Of a stretch of DNA of 64,000 bases, positions 13,340 to 25,489 are shown one piece after another (the first letter of the stretch is position 1; each line of letters starts with the position of its first letter). The DNA is taken from NCBI RefSeq assembly GCF_902713615.1, contig NC_052153.1, positions 148,567,772-148,631,771 of the forward strand, in the 5' to 3' direction. Position numbers and translations under genes: made by a program. Origin of the DNA: Scyliorhinus canicula. Lineage: Eukaryota. The notes beneath the pieces are model-generated. The model did not search any database and was not told the DNA's origin. It saw only the letters and a program-made list of their open reading frames with translations.

Positions 13340-14560
13340 GAAGATTTTGGGAAGGCGACAAAGATGATTGATATGGGGAGGGTGGTGGATGTTGTTCACA
13401 TGGACTTCAGTAAAGCCTTTAACAAGGTGCCTCATGGCAGACTTACACAAAAGATAGTGACACGGGATCAGAGGTGAGGTGGCCAGATGGATACAGAGCT
13501 GGCTCAGTCACAGAAGACAATGGGTAGCAGTAGAAGGGTGTTTTTCTGAATGGAAGTTTGTGACTATTGGTGTTCCACATGGATCTGTGCTGGGGCCTCT
13601 GTTGTTTATAGTATACATAAACGATTTGGAGGAAAATGTAGCTGGTCTGATTAGTAAGTTCGCGGATGACACTAAAGTTGGTGGAGTGGCAGATGGTTTT
13701 GAGGATTGTCAGAGGATATAGCAAGACATAGATGGGTTGGAAACATGGGCAGAGAAATGGCAAATGGAGTTTAATCCAGACAAATGTGAGGTTATGAATT
13801 TTGGTAGGTCTAACAGAGGGGAAATATATCGTAAATGGCAAAACTCTTCGGAATATAGAAAGTCAGAGATCTGGGCGTACAGGTCCACAGATCTTTGAAA
13901 GTGGCAACACAAGTGGACAAGGTAGTCAAGAAAGCATATGGAATATTTGCCTTCATTGGACAGGGCATCGAATATAAAAACTGGCAAGTCATGCTACAGT
14001 TGTATAAAACCTTGGTACGGCTGCATTTGGAATATTGCCCACAATTCTGGTCGCCACACTACCAGAAGGATGTGGAGGTTTTGGAGAGGGTGCAGAGGAG
14101 GTTTACCAGGATGTTGCCTGGTATGGGGGTGTTAGCTACACGGCGAGGCTGAATAGACTTGGACTGTTTTCATTAGAACAACAGAGGTTGAGGGGTGACC
14201 TGATAGAGGTCGACAAAATTATGAGGGGCATGGATAGAGTAGATGGACAGGCACTCTTTCCAAGGGTGGAGGGGTCAGTCACGAGGGGGCAGGTTTGAAG
14301 TCTGTGGGGCAGGTTTAGATATGTGCGAGGCAGTTTATTTTACACAGAGGATGGTGAATGCGTGGAACGCGTTGCCAGGGGAGCTTGTGGAAGCAGATAT
14401 ATTAACGGTGGTCAAAAGGCATCTCGACAAATACATGGATAGGATGGGTATAGAGGAATACAGCACAAGGAAGTGCTGAGGGTTTTGGCCAAGGGTGGTA
14501 TCATGACCGGCACAGGCCTGGAGGGCCTACGGCCCTGTTCCTGTGCTATATTGTTCTTTG
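13340..14560 (+). mobile_element. 5'-truncated CR1 LINE, frameshifted
   Basis: DFSKAF, VPHGSVLGPLLF, ISKFADDTK, LERVQRRFTRM; CR1 tail ...cctgttcctgtgctatattgttctttg. Confidence 0.9.
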
Positions 14561-14899
14561 AATTTTAACTATAAGGGTAGGTTGGAGAAGATGGGGCATT
14601 CTCTTCAGAGCAAAGGAAATTGAGGGGACATTTGACAAAGGTGTACAAGGTATGACCGGTTGACATAAGGTAGATAAATGTACAAGGACTACAGGATACA
14701 GATGCGAGATTTTGACAAGAAATAGCAGGAAGAACATTTCATGCAGTAATTAGTATTGACTTAGAACGCACTGCCTAAGAGGGTGGTGGAAATGGAGACA
14801 ATTAATTATTTCAAAATGAAATTAGATGGACACTTGAGGGTATTAAGCCTGCAGGGCAACAAGAATAGAGCAGCGGAAATAGAATTAGAATAGAACCCG

Positions 14900-15048
14900 A
14901 GGGCGGCATGGTGGTGCAGTGGTTAGCACTGCTGCCTCACTGAGCTGAAGAGCTGGGTTTGATACCGACCCCGGGTCACTGTCCGTGTGGAGTTTGCATA
15001 TTCTCCCTGTGTTTGCATGGGTCTCACCCCCACAACCCAAAGATGTGC
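14900..15048 (+). mobile_element. tRNA-derived SINE (partial)
   Basis: gggcggcatggtggtgcagtggttagc head and core; a further copy lies at about 15855-16045. Confidence 0.75.
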
Positions 15049-16219
15049 TACTTTGTACTAAATTAAGCTGCAGGTCAGAGTGCTGTCAGAAAGGTCACAA
15101 CACAGAAACAGATGTAGTAACAGCACTTAGAACTGACATGTTACACTAGCCGTTTGCCAAAAACCTGATATAAGCAGGGTTGGCGGAAGGAGTGTAGTTG
15201 CAAACTGATGGGTAACAATAAAACATGTCGTTTTGCAATATATTTTTACATATTTTGTAACATATTATTGCTGAATAATCAAAGTTGTTTTATTTGTGCT
15301 TCATACATTAAATATTTGATGCCAGAACAGAGAACTTCATAGCTTGTTAAATCTTGACGGTTTTGCTATTCAGGAAAGAAATGGATCAATTACAATTGAT
15401 GTTTATTCATTAGTTATTCAAAGTGAAGTTATATCACTAAATCATTGCTCACTTTGTATGCTTACAACGAGCATGCAGGTATAGTGAAATGTTTGTAATA
15501 AATTCTGTATAGTTCAATTCAACGCTTATTTTCTGAAGATTTGTGAAGTAGAATGGACTTGATAACACCCATCAAGTAAATCACAAAATTCCACATGTAA
15601 AATTTTTAGGTTACTATCTGGAATACTAATTATTAAAATCTAACGTTATTACTAATGTGACTTGGTAATATAAAGTACAAAAACCTAGAAGTAGGATACA
15701 GCATAGAAAATAGAAGTAGGGTACAGTACAGAAAAGTCAAGACAAAGGAATTCTGAGAGTTTATCAAATATTGTTGCTTAGTGTAGCAAAGAACTGTGAC
15801 TTTGAAGGCAGTCAAAACCTACTCAGGTAAAAATGGAATATAGATGTCTCTCTCTACAGCACTGTGGTTAGCACTGCAGCCTCACAGCACTGAGGACCCA
15901 GGTTCGATCCCGCCTCCGGGTCACTGTCCGTGTGGAGTTTGCACATTCTCCCTGTGACTGCATGGGCCTCACCCCTACAGCCCAAATATGTGCAGGGTAG
16001 GTGGATTGGCCATACTAAATTGCCCCTTAATTGGAAAAGAAAAATAAATATGTTTACATCTCTCTGGATAATTAATTAAGAACATGCTAGACAATTGAAA
16101 CAAATCCTGTTGTGCAATTTGACATATCTTCTGAGGAAGACAATTGTTTTCAATACAAATGAGGTTTCATGTGTATTTTTCTATTTAACTAGTGTTGTGG
16201 TTAAGATTCAGTGGCAGCA

Positions 16220-19200
16220 CTTCCGGTGGCGGCTATGAGGGAGTAAGTCGCGCATTTGGTGGCGCTCGCTCCAGTCTGACTTCAAGACCTTTTTCCCGAC
16301 TTTTTTGAACTTTTGAGCGCTGGAGTTAAAACCAATAGCACTCTAGATCTGAATCTATACAGAGTTGTGTGGACTTAAGGAGCAGAAGGGAGCGAAAACA
16401 GGTGAAGAAGGGGCTGAACAAAGGTGGTGTGGAAGCTCAAGTGGAAGGAAAGATGGTCGATGAACGGACCACGGAAAGGAAGGTCCAGGCAGCACTGGAC
16501 AACATGCTGCAGGTCATGAAAGAGAGCTTCGCAGCACTGAAGCGGGATAATTTGGAACCGCTCCAGAAAGCGGTGGAGCGATCGGACCAGAGGCTGGATG
16601 CTCAGGATAAGAAGGTCCAGGCACTGGAGAAGAAAGTGGAAGAGCAGGCGGATTTCCAAACGGTAGCGGACGTGGAAATTAGTAAGCTGGAGGACCTGGA
16701 AAACAGGTCTCGCCGGCAGAATCTGAGAATCATTGGGCTCCCGGAGGGGGCCGAGGGAGTGGATGCCACAGCATATGTGGCAGACATGCTGCAGAAGCTG
16801 GTGGGGGATGATTTCTTCCCGCGTCCGTTGGAGCTGGACAGGGCACACAGAGTGCAGGCGAGGCAGCAGCGGGGGGGGGGGGGGGAGATGGTGGTCAGGT
16901 TCCATAGGTTCGTGGACAAGGAGCGGGTTCTACAGTGGGCCAAGAGCACAAAGAGCTGCTCATGGAACAACAGTGTCCTGCGCATCTACCAGGATCTGAG
17001 CTAGGAGGTGGCCAGAAGGAGGGCAGCCTATAGACAAATTAAAGAGATCCTGTTTAGAAAGGTCAAGTTCGGGCTACTTTTCCCGGTGCGGCTTTGGGTC
17101 ACATACTGGGAACAGCAACATTATTTTGACGACCCGGAGGAAGCGATGGACTTTGCTAAGGGGCATGGACTGGTGCCGAACTGAGGACCCATGGACTCAA
17201 GTTAGAGTGTACTAAGGGATGTTTGCATTTGTTCGCAGATTGCCCTGCGTGTTAGCGATGTCGTTCGGCATGCTCTTTTACTTAAAATTGTGGTGTTCTT
17301 GTGTTTGTGTCGGCGATCACTATTTTGGACATTGGGTCGACCTGCTGGTCTGCAAAGAAAGTTACCAGCGCCCATAATGGAGGTTAGAGGTGGGATTGTT
17401 GGCAGAGGAGAGGGTGTGTGAGAGAGTGGGGAAATGCATGCAGGACAACCTGCAGGTCAACAATACAGGGGAAGTCTCAGCAGTGGTGCTCTGGGAGGCG
17501 CTGAAGGCGGTGGTGAGAGGGGAACTGATCTCAATCCGAGCCCATAGGGACAGAACGGATAGGGCAGAGATGGACAGACAGGTGCAGGAGATAACACGGA
17601 CGGATAGGGAATATGCGGAGTCCCCGAGGGCAGAGTTACTTGGGGAACGACAGAGACTGCAGGCGAAGCTGGGGGCGCTATCCACTGGGAAGGCCGTAGA
17701 GCAGCTCAGAAAGGCCAAGGGCGCAGTGTATGAGTATGGGGAGAAAGCCAGCAGAATGCTTGCACAGCAACTTAGGAAGCGGGAAGCGGCCAGGGAAATA
17801 GGGACGGTAGTGGACGGGGCAGGTGGGAGACCCGGCACGATTGAACAGGGTATTCAGGGACTTTTACAGTAAGCTGTATACCTCGGAACCCCCCACGGGG
17901 CCGTAGGGGATGAGGCGCTTCTTAGATGGGCTGACCTTCCCAAAGGTGGGCAGGGGGATGGTAGAGGGGCTGGGGGCCCCGATTAGAGCTGAAGAAGTAA
18001 TGGGGGGGCCTGAAGGCCATGCAGTCGGTTAAAGCCCCGGGGCCGGACGGGTATCCAGTGGTGTTCTACAAAACGTTTGCGGGTATACTGGGGCCAGTGC
18101 TGGTTAGGGTATTTAATGAGGCGAGGGACAATGGGGTGCTACCCCCGACGATGTCGCAAGCCACCATCTCGCTGATATTAAAACGGGATAAGGATCCGGA
18201 AGTTTGTGGGTCCTATAGGCCAATCTCCCTGATTAATGTGGATGCTAAACTGCTGGCCAAGATCCTGGCGTCTAGAATCGAAGACTACGTACCGGACGTG
18301 ATTGCGGAGGACCAAACGGGGTTTGTTAAGGGCAGGCAGCTGGTAGCCAATCTAAGAAGGCTACTCAATGTGATTATGATGCCCCCGGAGGGCAGAGAGG
18401 TGGAGGTAGTGGTGGCAATGGAAAGGCTTTTGACCGGGTGGAGTGGGACTATTTATGGGAAGTGCTGGGACGGTTTGGGTTTGGAGAAGGCTTTGTGGAC
18501 TGTGTTAAACTGCTATATCAGGCCCTGGAGGCTAGTGTAAGGATGAACAGGACAACATCTGAATATTTTAGACTACACCGCAGGACAAGACAGGGATGCC
18601 CCCTCTCTCCATTGCTGTTTGCGTTGGCCATAGAACCGCTGGCAATTGCTCTGAGAGCAGCAAGGGGATGGAAGGGAATGGTCAGGGGGGATAGAACACA
18701 AGGTCTCGCTTTACGCGGATGACCTGCTTTTGTACGTGTCAGATCCAGCGTCAGGGATAGACGGGATTATGGAAATCCTGGGGGAATTTGGCCGGTTTTC
18801 GGGCTACAAGTTGAACATGACAAAAAGCGAGATGTTTGTGGGTCAGGAGAATAGGCTGAGGGAGCTACCATTTAGGCTGGTTGGGGAAAGTTTTAGATAT
18901 CTAGGCATACAAGTGGCGCGCGACTGGGGTAAGATGCATAAGTTGCACTTGTCTAGGCTGGTGGAGCAAATGAGGAGCGAGTTTCGGAGGTGGGATTCGC
19001 TCCCACTGTCACGAGCAGGGAGAGTACAGACGATGAAGATGACGATCCTCCCGAGATTCCTGTTTATTTTTCAGTGTCTCCCTATTTTCATTCCGCGGTC
19101 CTTCTTTAAAAGAATCAATAAAATCATCCTGGGATTTGTTTGGGCGGGGAAGTCCCCGCGGGTAAAGAGGGGGATGCTGGAACGGAACCGTAGCGGAGGG

Positions 19201-20554
19201 GGCTGGCGTTGCTGAACCTCAGCAACTACTACTGGGCGGCTAACATAGCCATGATCGGGAAATGGATGGTAGGTATGGGGTCGGTTTGGGAGCGGGTGGA
19301 GGCTGCTTCGTGCAGGGGCACCAGCTTGGCAGCCCTGGTCACGGCACCCCTGCCACTCCCGTCGGCCAGGTACTCCACCAGCCCTATAGTGGTGGCGGCT
19401 TTGCGGATTTGGGGCCAATGGAGGAAGCATGCGGGGGAAGTGGGAGCGTCGGTCTGGTCCCCAATATGTGACAACCACCGATTTGTCCCGGGGAAGACGG
19501 ATGGCGGGTTTCAAGCATGGCGGAGGGCAGTGGTGGGAAGGATGGGCGACTTGTTCCTGGAAGGGAGCTTCGCGAACATGAGGGCGCTGGAGGAGAAGTT
19601 CGGGCTGGCGAGGGGGAATGACTTTTGGTACTTGCAGGTGCGAGATTTCGTACGTAGACAGGTCCCGTCCTTTCCACGCCTTCCACCAAGAGGGATCCAG
19701 GACAGGGTATTTTCCAGGGGTGAGGTAAGAGAGGGGAGAGTCTCGGATATTTATAAGGAGCTTATGGGAGCGGAGGACACAGGGACCGAGGAACTGAAAC
19801 TCAAGTGGGAGGAGGAGCTTGGTGGGGAGTTGGAGGGAGGTGCATGGGCAGACACTCTGAGGAGTGTAAATACAACTGCAACATGTGCCAGGCTCGGTCT
19901 GATTCAGTTCAAGGTGGTTCACCGGGCCCACATGACGGTGGCCCGGATGAGCAAATTCTTTGGGCTGGAGGACAATTGTTCTTGATGTGGGGGAGGACCA
20001 GTGAACCATGTCCACATGTTCTGGGCGTGTCCAAAACACAGGGGATACTGGCAGGGATTTGTGGACGTCATATCCCAGGTACTGAAAACAAGGGCGGCGA
20101 TGAGTCCAGAGGTGGCGATTTTTGGGGTGTCGGAAGACCCGGGAGTCCAGGAGGGGATAGAGGCCCACATTGTGGCCTTTGCTTCCCTGATAGCCCAGAG
20201 ACGAATACTGTTGGCCTGGAGGGACTCAAAGCCCCCAAAGACCGAAGTATGGCTGTCGGACATGGCAAGCTTTTTCGGATTGGAAAAAAATCAATTTCGC
20301 TGTACGAGGATCACTATCGGGATTCGCCCGGAGGTGGCAACCATTCATCGACTTCTTCGCGGGGAAATAATCATCAGCCCGGGGGTTGGGGGGGGGTGTA
20401 GAATAGAGCAGGGGGGGAAGAATAGGTGGGTCTATTTGAGAGAGTGGTACTGTTATTTGCACTATGTTTTTTGTAATTGGTATCTGCACACTAATGTATA
20501 TTGTTACTGTTTACAATGCCAAAAATACCTCAATAAAATTGTCTGTTTAAAAAA
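16220..20554 (+). mobile_element. L1-clade LINE with both ends, endonuclease region deleted, frameshifted
   Basis: ORF1 LENRSRRQNLRIIGLPEG; ORF2 remnants KAPGPDGYP, RPISLINVDAK, QGCPLSPLLF, LYADD and a CCHC-type HMFWAC; AATAAA plus A-tail; 17-bp TSD aagattcagtggcagca (16203-16219, 20555-20571) at a TT/AAGA site. Confidence 0.93.
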
Positions 20555-21856
20555 AAGATTCAGTGGCAGCATTCTCCCCATGTCTGCGTGGGTTTCACTC
20601 TCATAACCCAAAGATTAATTGGTTAGGTGGATTGGCCATGCTAAATTGCCCCTTAAATTGGAAAAAAATAATGGGGTACTTTAAATGAAAAACAGTGTCT
20701 CTGTCTACAAGATAGAACACAAAGCCTCGAGATATAGTAAGTCCTCACTTTAAATCATCCCTTTAAAGTTATTTTGTGCTGATATTGTTTATTATTTAGG
20801 TTTTTTCGATTTGATTTGTCATTTTCGGCTTTACGCATATGCACCCTGCCCTACTCTCCACACGGTGCATTCTGAGTCAGCCGCCGTCATGTTCTGATCG
20901 CAGAATGGCTGTTGCATTCACCACAGGACCAGGCTAGCCTCTTGAGCGGGAAGATAGCAAGGCCGGAGAACCAGACGCAGGAGTGCAGGGCAAGGTTAGA
21001 AAGCAACTGGCTGCCAAGGTGAAAGTAATCCAGGTGGGGCAGTCCATAAATGTCAGGAAAGGGTCCAGGCTCTGGTGAGAGAGAGACAGACAGAGTTGGA
21101 AAGGAGAGAGTGAGAGAGAAGAATGGAAAGGGAAATAGAGACAGACAGCCAGTGGGAAAGGAGAGTGTATATGTGTGTGTGTGTGTGTGAGAGAAAGAAA
21201 AGTAAGAAAAAAGTTGAGCTGAGTTTCTGAAGTGCTGTTTGGGCAATTTTGAGTTACCTAATTTTAAGGTATATAGTATTGCTGTTATAGTTAGTGATCT
21301 ATTCCAGCTAGGAATTCGCATTCCGTTTCACATTCTTCCACGTTTGTGTGGTCTCACCCCCAGAAACCATCTTGTGCAGGGTAGGTGGATTGACCATGCT
21401 AAGTTGCTCCTTATTCGGGAAAAAAAGAATTGGTCACTCTAACAGAAATTCACATTCCTGCATATGTAGTGTAGCATTTTAATTTTTTTCAAGCAAGTAA
21501 TGTCCAAAAGAACCCAACTCTGGTTCCCAATAGAAATCCAAGAGTGACTTAAAGTGGTGATTTTCAGGAACGTAATCACAACTTGCTATGCAATGGTAAA
21601 TATAAAGGGCACTGCATACATTTGTAAGATTAGCAACCGCCACACAAATTATTCTTGGTTGGCTGAGAAACGCATGATCACAATGTTGGTGAAGATGATT
21701 TTGTGACCCAGCTACATCACCACTTTTCTCAGAGAAAAGGCAAATGTCACCTTCATTTGCTAAATGTATTGATGGTGGAAAGGATTAGAAATCTCACATA
21801 CACGTTGCTCAATTGTGCAATCTGAGGTTGTAATATAGCTCTAAATAACCACTGAC

Positions 21857-21962
21857 CTCTGTACACTTTACAACAATGCCAGCCATTTCAAACACATTTT
21901 CCTGCAGGATGTTGATGCTGGGAATGTCTTCCATGGACCGCCCATCAACAGGACTTATAACA
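21857..21962 (-). CDS. ZFYVE16: ZFYVE16 coding exon
   Basis: (G)VISPVDGRSMEDIPSINILQENVFEMAGIVVKCTE; ccag| acceptor, |gtcagt donor; 106 nt, phase 2 to 0. Confidence 0.92.
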
Positions 21963-22036
21963 CTGGAAGTAGAATTTTAACAAAGTTAATTTTGTATAAT
22001 AATCATGAAAATAATTATGTACTCCAAGATTCATAG

Positions 22037-22467
22037 TGTAACGGTGAATAGATTTAGTAAAAGGGGGCTCTAACACCCCAGCTAGTCAAATGCTTATACC
22101 TCAAGGTCCTATTATCAACAGAACTTGTCAGCTAAATTTGCTTGTTAGAAAAACAGAGTTCCCAGCTAGAAGATTACAAACAAGCTTTTTGGTGAAGGTT
22201 TAATAATAAACCTAAGCAGGCAAGATCGGAATTCTAAAACAATGTTCTGTGTACTGACTAATTGGATAAGCAGTGTATCTGTGACTTGGGAGCTGAGGGC
22301 TGTGTTACAATGTTCTTCCTATGAGAGCTGTGTAAGAGCTGAATCAGAGGAGAGTGCTCCTTGAGAGGTTTCTCTGGGGTAGTTTCCTTCATGCTGGAAT
22401 CATGAATAAACTATTGTAACCTGTTTCCAAGTCTTCTGTGGTTAGTTGGAAGAAGTCTACCACAACA
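22037..22467 (+). mobile_element. Solo LTR (Gypsy-type)
   Basis: TGTAAC...CAACA termini, 4-bp TSD atag on both sides, AATAAA at about 22405. Confidence 0.8.
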
Positions 22468-23012
22468 ATAGCACACAAGGATAACTTTAAAAATCAACAA
22501 ATCACTTCTCTACGCAGTCTTCAATCGGGCATTGTTATCACTAAATTTTAAAAAGCTAATTGTAGTGTAACTGCACCATCAGTGGAATCGGACTGGAGGT
22601 CACTGTTGTGGCGCACACTTAACTTCAACAGTCTAACGTCTTGTATGCCTTGGTGATAGTTACACAGTATCATTTGTAAATTTCTCAGTATGCCATAGAA
22701 CGGTGCAAAGTGGACAAAAAAACAAAAGCAGCTTTGCAGCTCCATCTGGTCCTTTCCCTCTTTTTCAGTCCCCCTTGCAGGTATCCATCCAATCGAAAAC
22801 CAAAATCTTATTGCAATTCTCTCGAAGTCTGGATTTGATTTTGGTTGAACCTCTCAATTTGCCCCAAGAAATTCACAGATTGCAAAATGCTTCATGAATG
22901 CCTACCGTCAAAAGTTGTTTTGACATTCTACAGACAGACTATTTTGCAAATGAGTGACACCACAAAAAGGTTAACACTGTTCAAAAGGTTACTATAACAC
23001 TAAAAATTATAC

Positions 23013-23175
23013 CCTTTGTTTCCAGGTTCGTCACCATCCACCCACTGAATATTTACAAATTCTCTTCTGTCATCTGGATCCAACTTTCCACAAATAATTT
23101 GAAAGTCTCTCTTTTCCCTTAGAGCTCGTCTTAAACCCTCCATTGTCTCTGGGGTAATCTGTACCATAAGTCCAT
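23013..23175 (-). CDS. ZFYVE16: ZFYVE16 coding exon
   Basis: (D)[53 protein letters not shown](G); acag| acceptor, |gtataa donor; 163 nt, phase 1 to 2. Confidence 0.95.
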
Positions 23176-23680
23176 CTGTAATCAGAATCAATCTCATTAA
23201 AGGAATGAGAAAAAATAATTTTGGTCAATAGATCAGGAAACAGAAAACAGACTCAGATTTAATTGAAAGCTACAGAATAATTTTAAAACAAATTTGATGC
23301 AGTGTTGAACTTCGCTGGGGTAATTAATAGCCAAATACATAAACAATCGGAATTATTTTGATTTGTTGGAAAACCAAAAATGGCATCACAATAAGCAGAT
23401 GCTTCTTTTAAGATTGCTTGCTGTTAGCAGTATTTGGTTCCATAGAAGAAATCAGAGCTTAATTTGAAAACTTTGCATTGTACCTCATTATGATCAATAG
23501 TTTGTCTAACAAACCTTGAGGTGATGGGCAAGAGAAAAAAGTGTCACCCACAAACAAATTGGAACTTATTGATCGTTGATTTCTCACTAAGTGATAGTCT
23601 TTATCATAGACCTTGGATTTTACTTTCTTCACCATTTTGTTTAACAGAAATTGCACATGCTGTAGGTATTTGTACATCAA

Positions 23681-24336
23681 GCGCGGGATTCTCCGACCCC
23701 CCCGCCGGGTGGGAGAATTGTCGGTGGTCGGCGTGAATCCTGACCCCGTCGTCCTTCCAATTCTCCCGCCCCCCCAAAAACCGGCGTGGCGTGGGTCGCG
23801 CTGACCGCCTCGGAGAATAGCGGGGTCCGGCGCGACTCAATGGGTCCCGGGGCTGTCCGGATCCTCCGGTCCGCGATGGGCCGAAGTCTCGCCCGTTCTA
23901 TGCCGGTCCCGCTGGCGTAAATTGGAGTTGGTCCGTTACCGGTGGGACCTGGCGGCGTGGGCGGGCTCCGGGGTTCTTGGGTTGTCACATGGAGATCTGG
24001 CCCCGGGACGTGCCCCCACAGTGGCCTGGCCCACGGTTGGGGCTGACCGATTCAGGGGTGGGCCTGTGCCATGGGGGCACTCTATTCCTTCCGCACCAGA
24101 GGCCGTGGTCATCCGTTATTCCCGGTGCAGAAGTGACCCCATGTGCTCATGCACAGGGATGATGCCAGCACGTGCTGGCGCTCCCGCGCATGTGCCGACC
24201 CGCCGGCTGGCAGAGGCCCTTCGGCACCAGTTGGCCAGGCCCCTATACCGCCGGCCAGCGGGTCGCCAACCATTCTGGGGCGGGCTCCGTTCCGCCGGGA
24301 CCCCCCCGTCCCACCGGGTACGGGAGAATCCTGCCC
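23681..24336. mobile_element. GC-rich non-autonomous MITE, PIF/Harbinger-like
   Basis: TIRs gcgcgggattctcc / ggagaatcctgccc; 3-bp flanks caa/cat; internal GATTCTCC/GGAGAAT repeats. Confidence 0.75.
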
Positions 24337-25489
24337 CATATTTGTACGAGGTGGCTTTACAGACATACATAAAACATAGACTGCCAACCTCTGATGATCA
24401 CAACGAGTATGTCAATGGGAAAATACAATATACGTATATAACGCAATCATATTTCTAAGCTTATTACATATTGAACTAACATACATATTTAACTAAGAGA
24501 GTGGTCGAAATCTGGAGCTCAATGTCTGAAAGGGTGGTAGAGGCAGGAACCCTCAACTTTTAAGTAGCATGTAGATCAGCATAGGAAGATGTTTGATGGT
24601 TGGCATGGACGTGGTGGGCCGACAGGCCTCTTTCCCTGCTGTAAAACTATTACTCGACCCAGCTAAAACTAAGTTTCTTGAAAGTAATGGCGATTCCTCT
24701 ACCAGAGGCCAATTGCCCACCAATCAACACTCTCTTTTCATACAGTATAAATTGCTTTCCCCTTATATTGGTATTCTTTGGGGTGTCCTGATGAGTGCAA
24801 GATGAAAAGCTTTGGCATGTCTCTTTTTTTCAGCAATACTCAAGTACCCTACTACCTAATGACTATTTATTGAAAATTCTTTGATTTATAGATTCTTCCA
24901 ATAAATCTTTTGTATAATGTGAACCTATTTAGTCTATTTTAATGAAAAAATGCAAAGTTCGTCTTGTGCCCATATTTAAAATTTGTAGCAATTTGTTGGA
25001 GTGGGAAGAGAGAGAGAGAAAGAGCATGAGTATGCTGGTGTACAACTCAACTGCCAGTATCTTATAAAACAATGCGCTGGCATGTGGAAAAAGTCCATAG
25101 TATCGACCAAATTGCAAATACAAGTAACACAAATAGTTTAACTGCATGCAAATTAGTGAGCTGATTTTGTTAAATGCAGTGTTTCAATACAGTATTCCAT
25201 TGTCTCATTTTTATTCAACTAATGAACTTTGCAAATATTTACGTAAAAGTCTAAAATCACAGTATAAATTACCATCAGCAAAGAGAACCAGAAAACATGT
25301 ATGCAAATCAGTGGAAGGATAAAATTGGAAACAGAAAGCATAAAGAATCAGATACTTGAGGTACAGAAGGTGGTCATGTACCTCATCATAGCAGCTGGCA
25401 TTTGCTGGAATGGCACAACTCTATCCTTTTATAGCATCTTTTTTTGAAAAGGTTAAGTGTAAAGTGTTAATAGAAAACATACTAATGAA

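Noticed and set aside
19071-20168. 365-aa minus-strand ORF
   Set aside because: Antisense shadow of the L1 ORF2 relic with no recognisable domain.
20733-21600. Possible Tigger/mariner-type MITE (tagtaagtcctcacttt)
   Set aside because: No matching right TIR could be identified.
23604-24458. Cluster of overlapping GC-rich ORFs; apparent CpG-island promoter (also 26804-27532)
   Set aside because: Bounded by TIRs and TSDs and present twice; these are MITEs, and the ORFs reflect high GC content.
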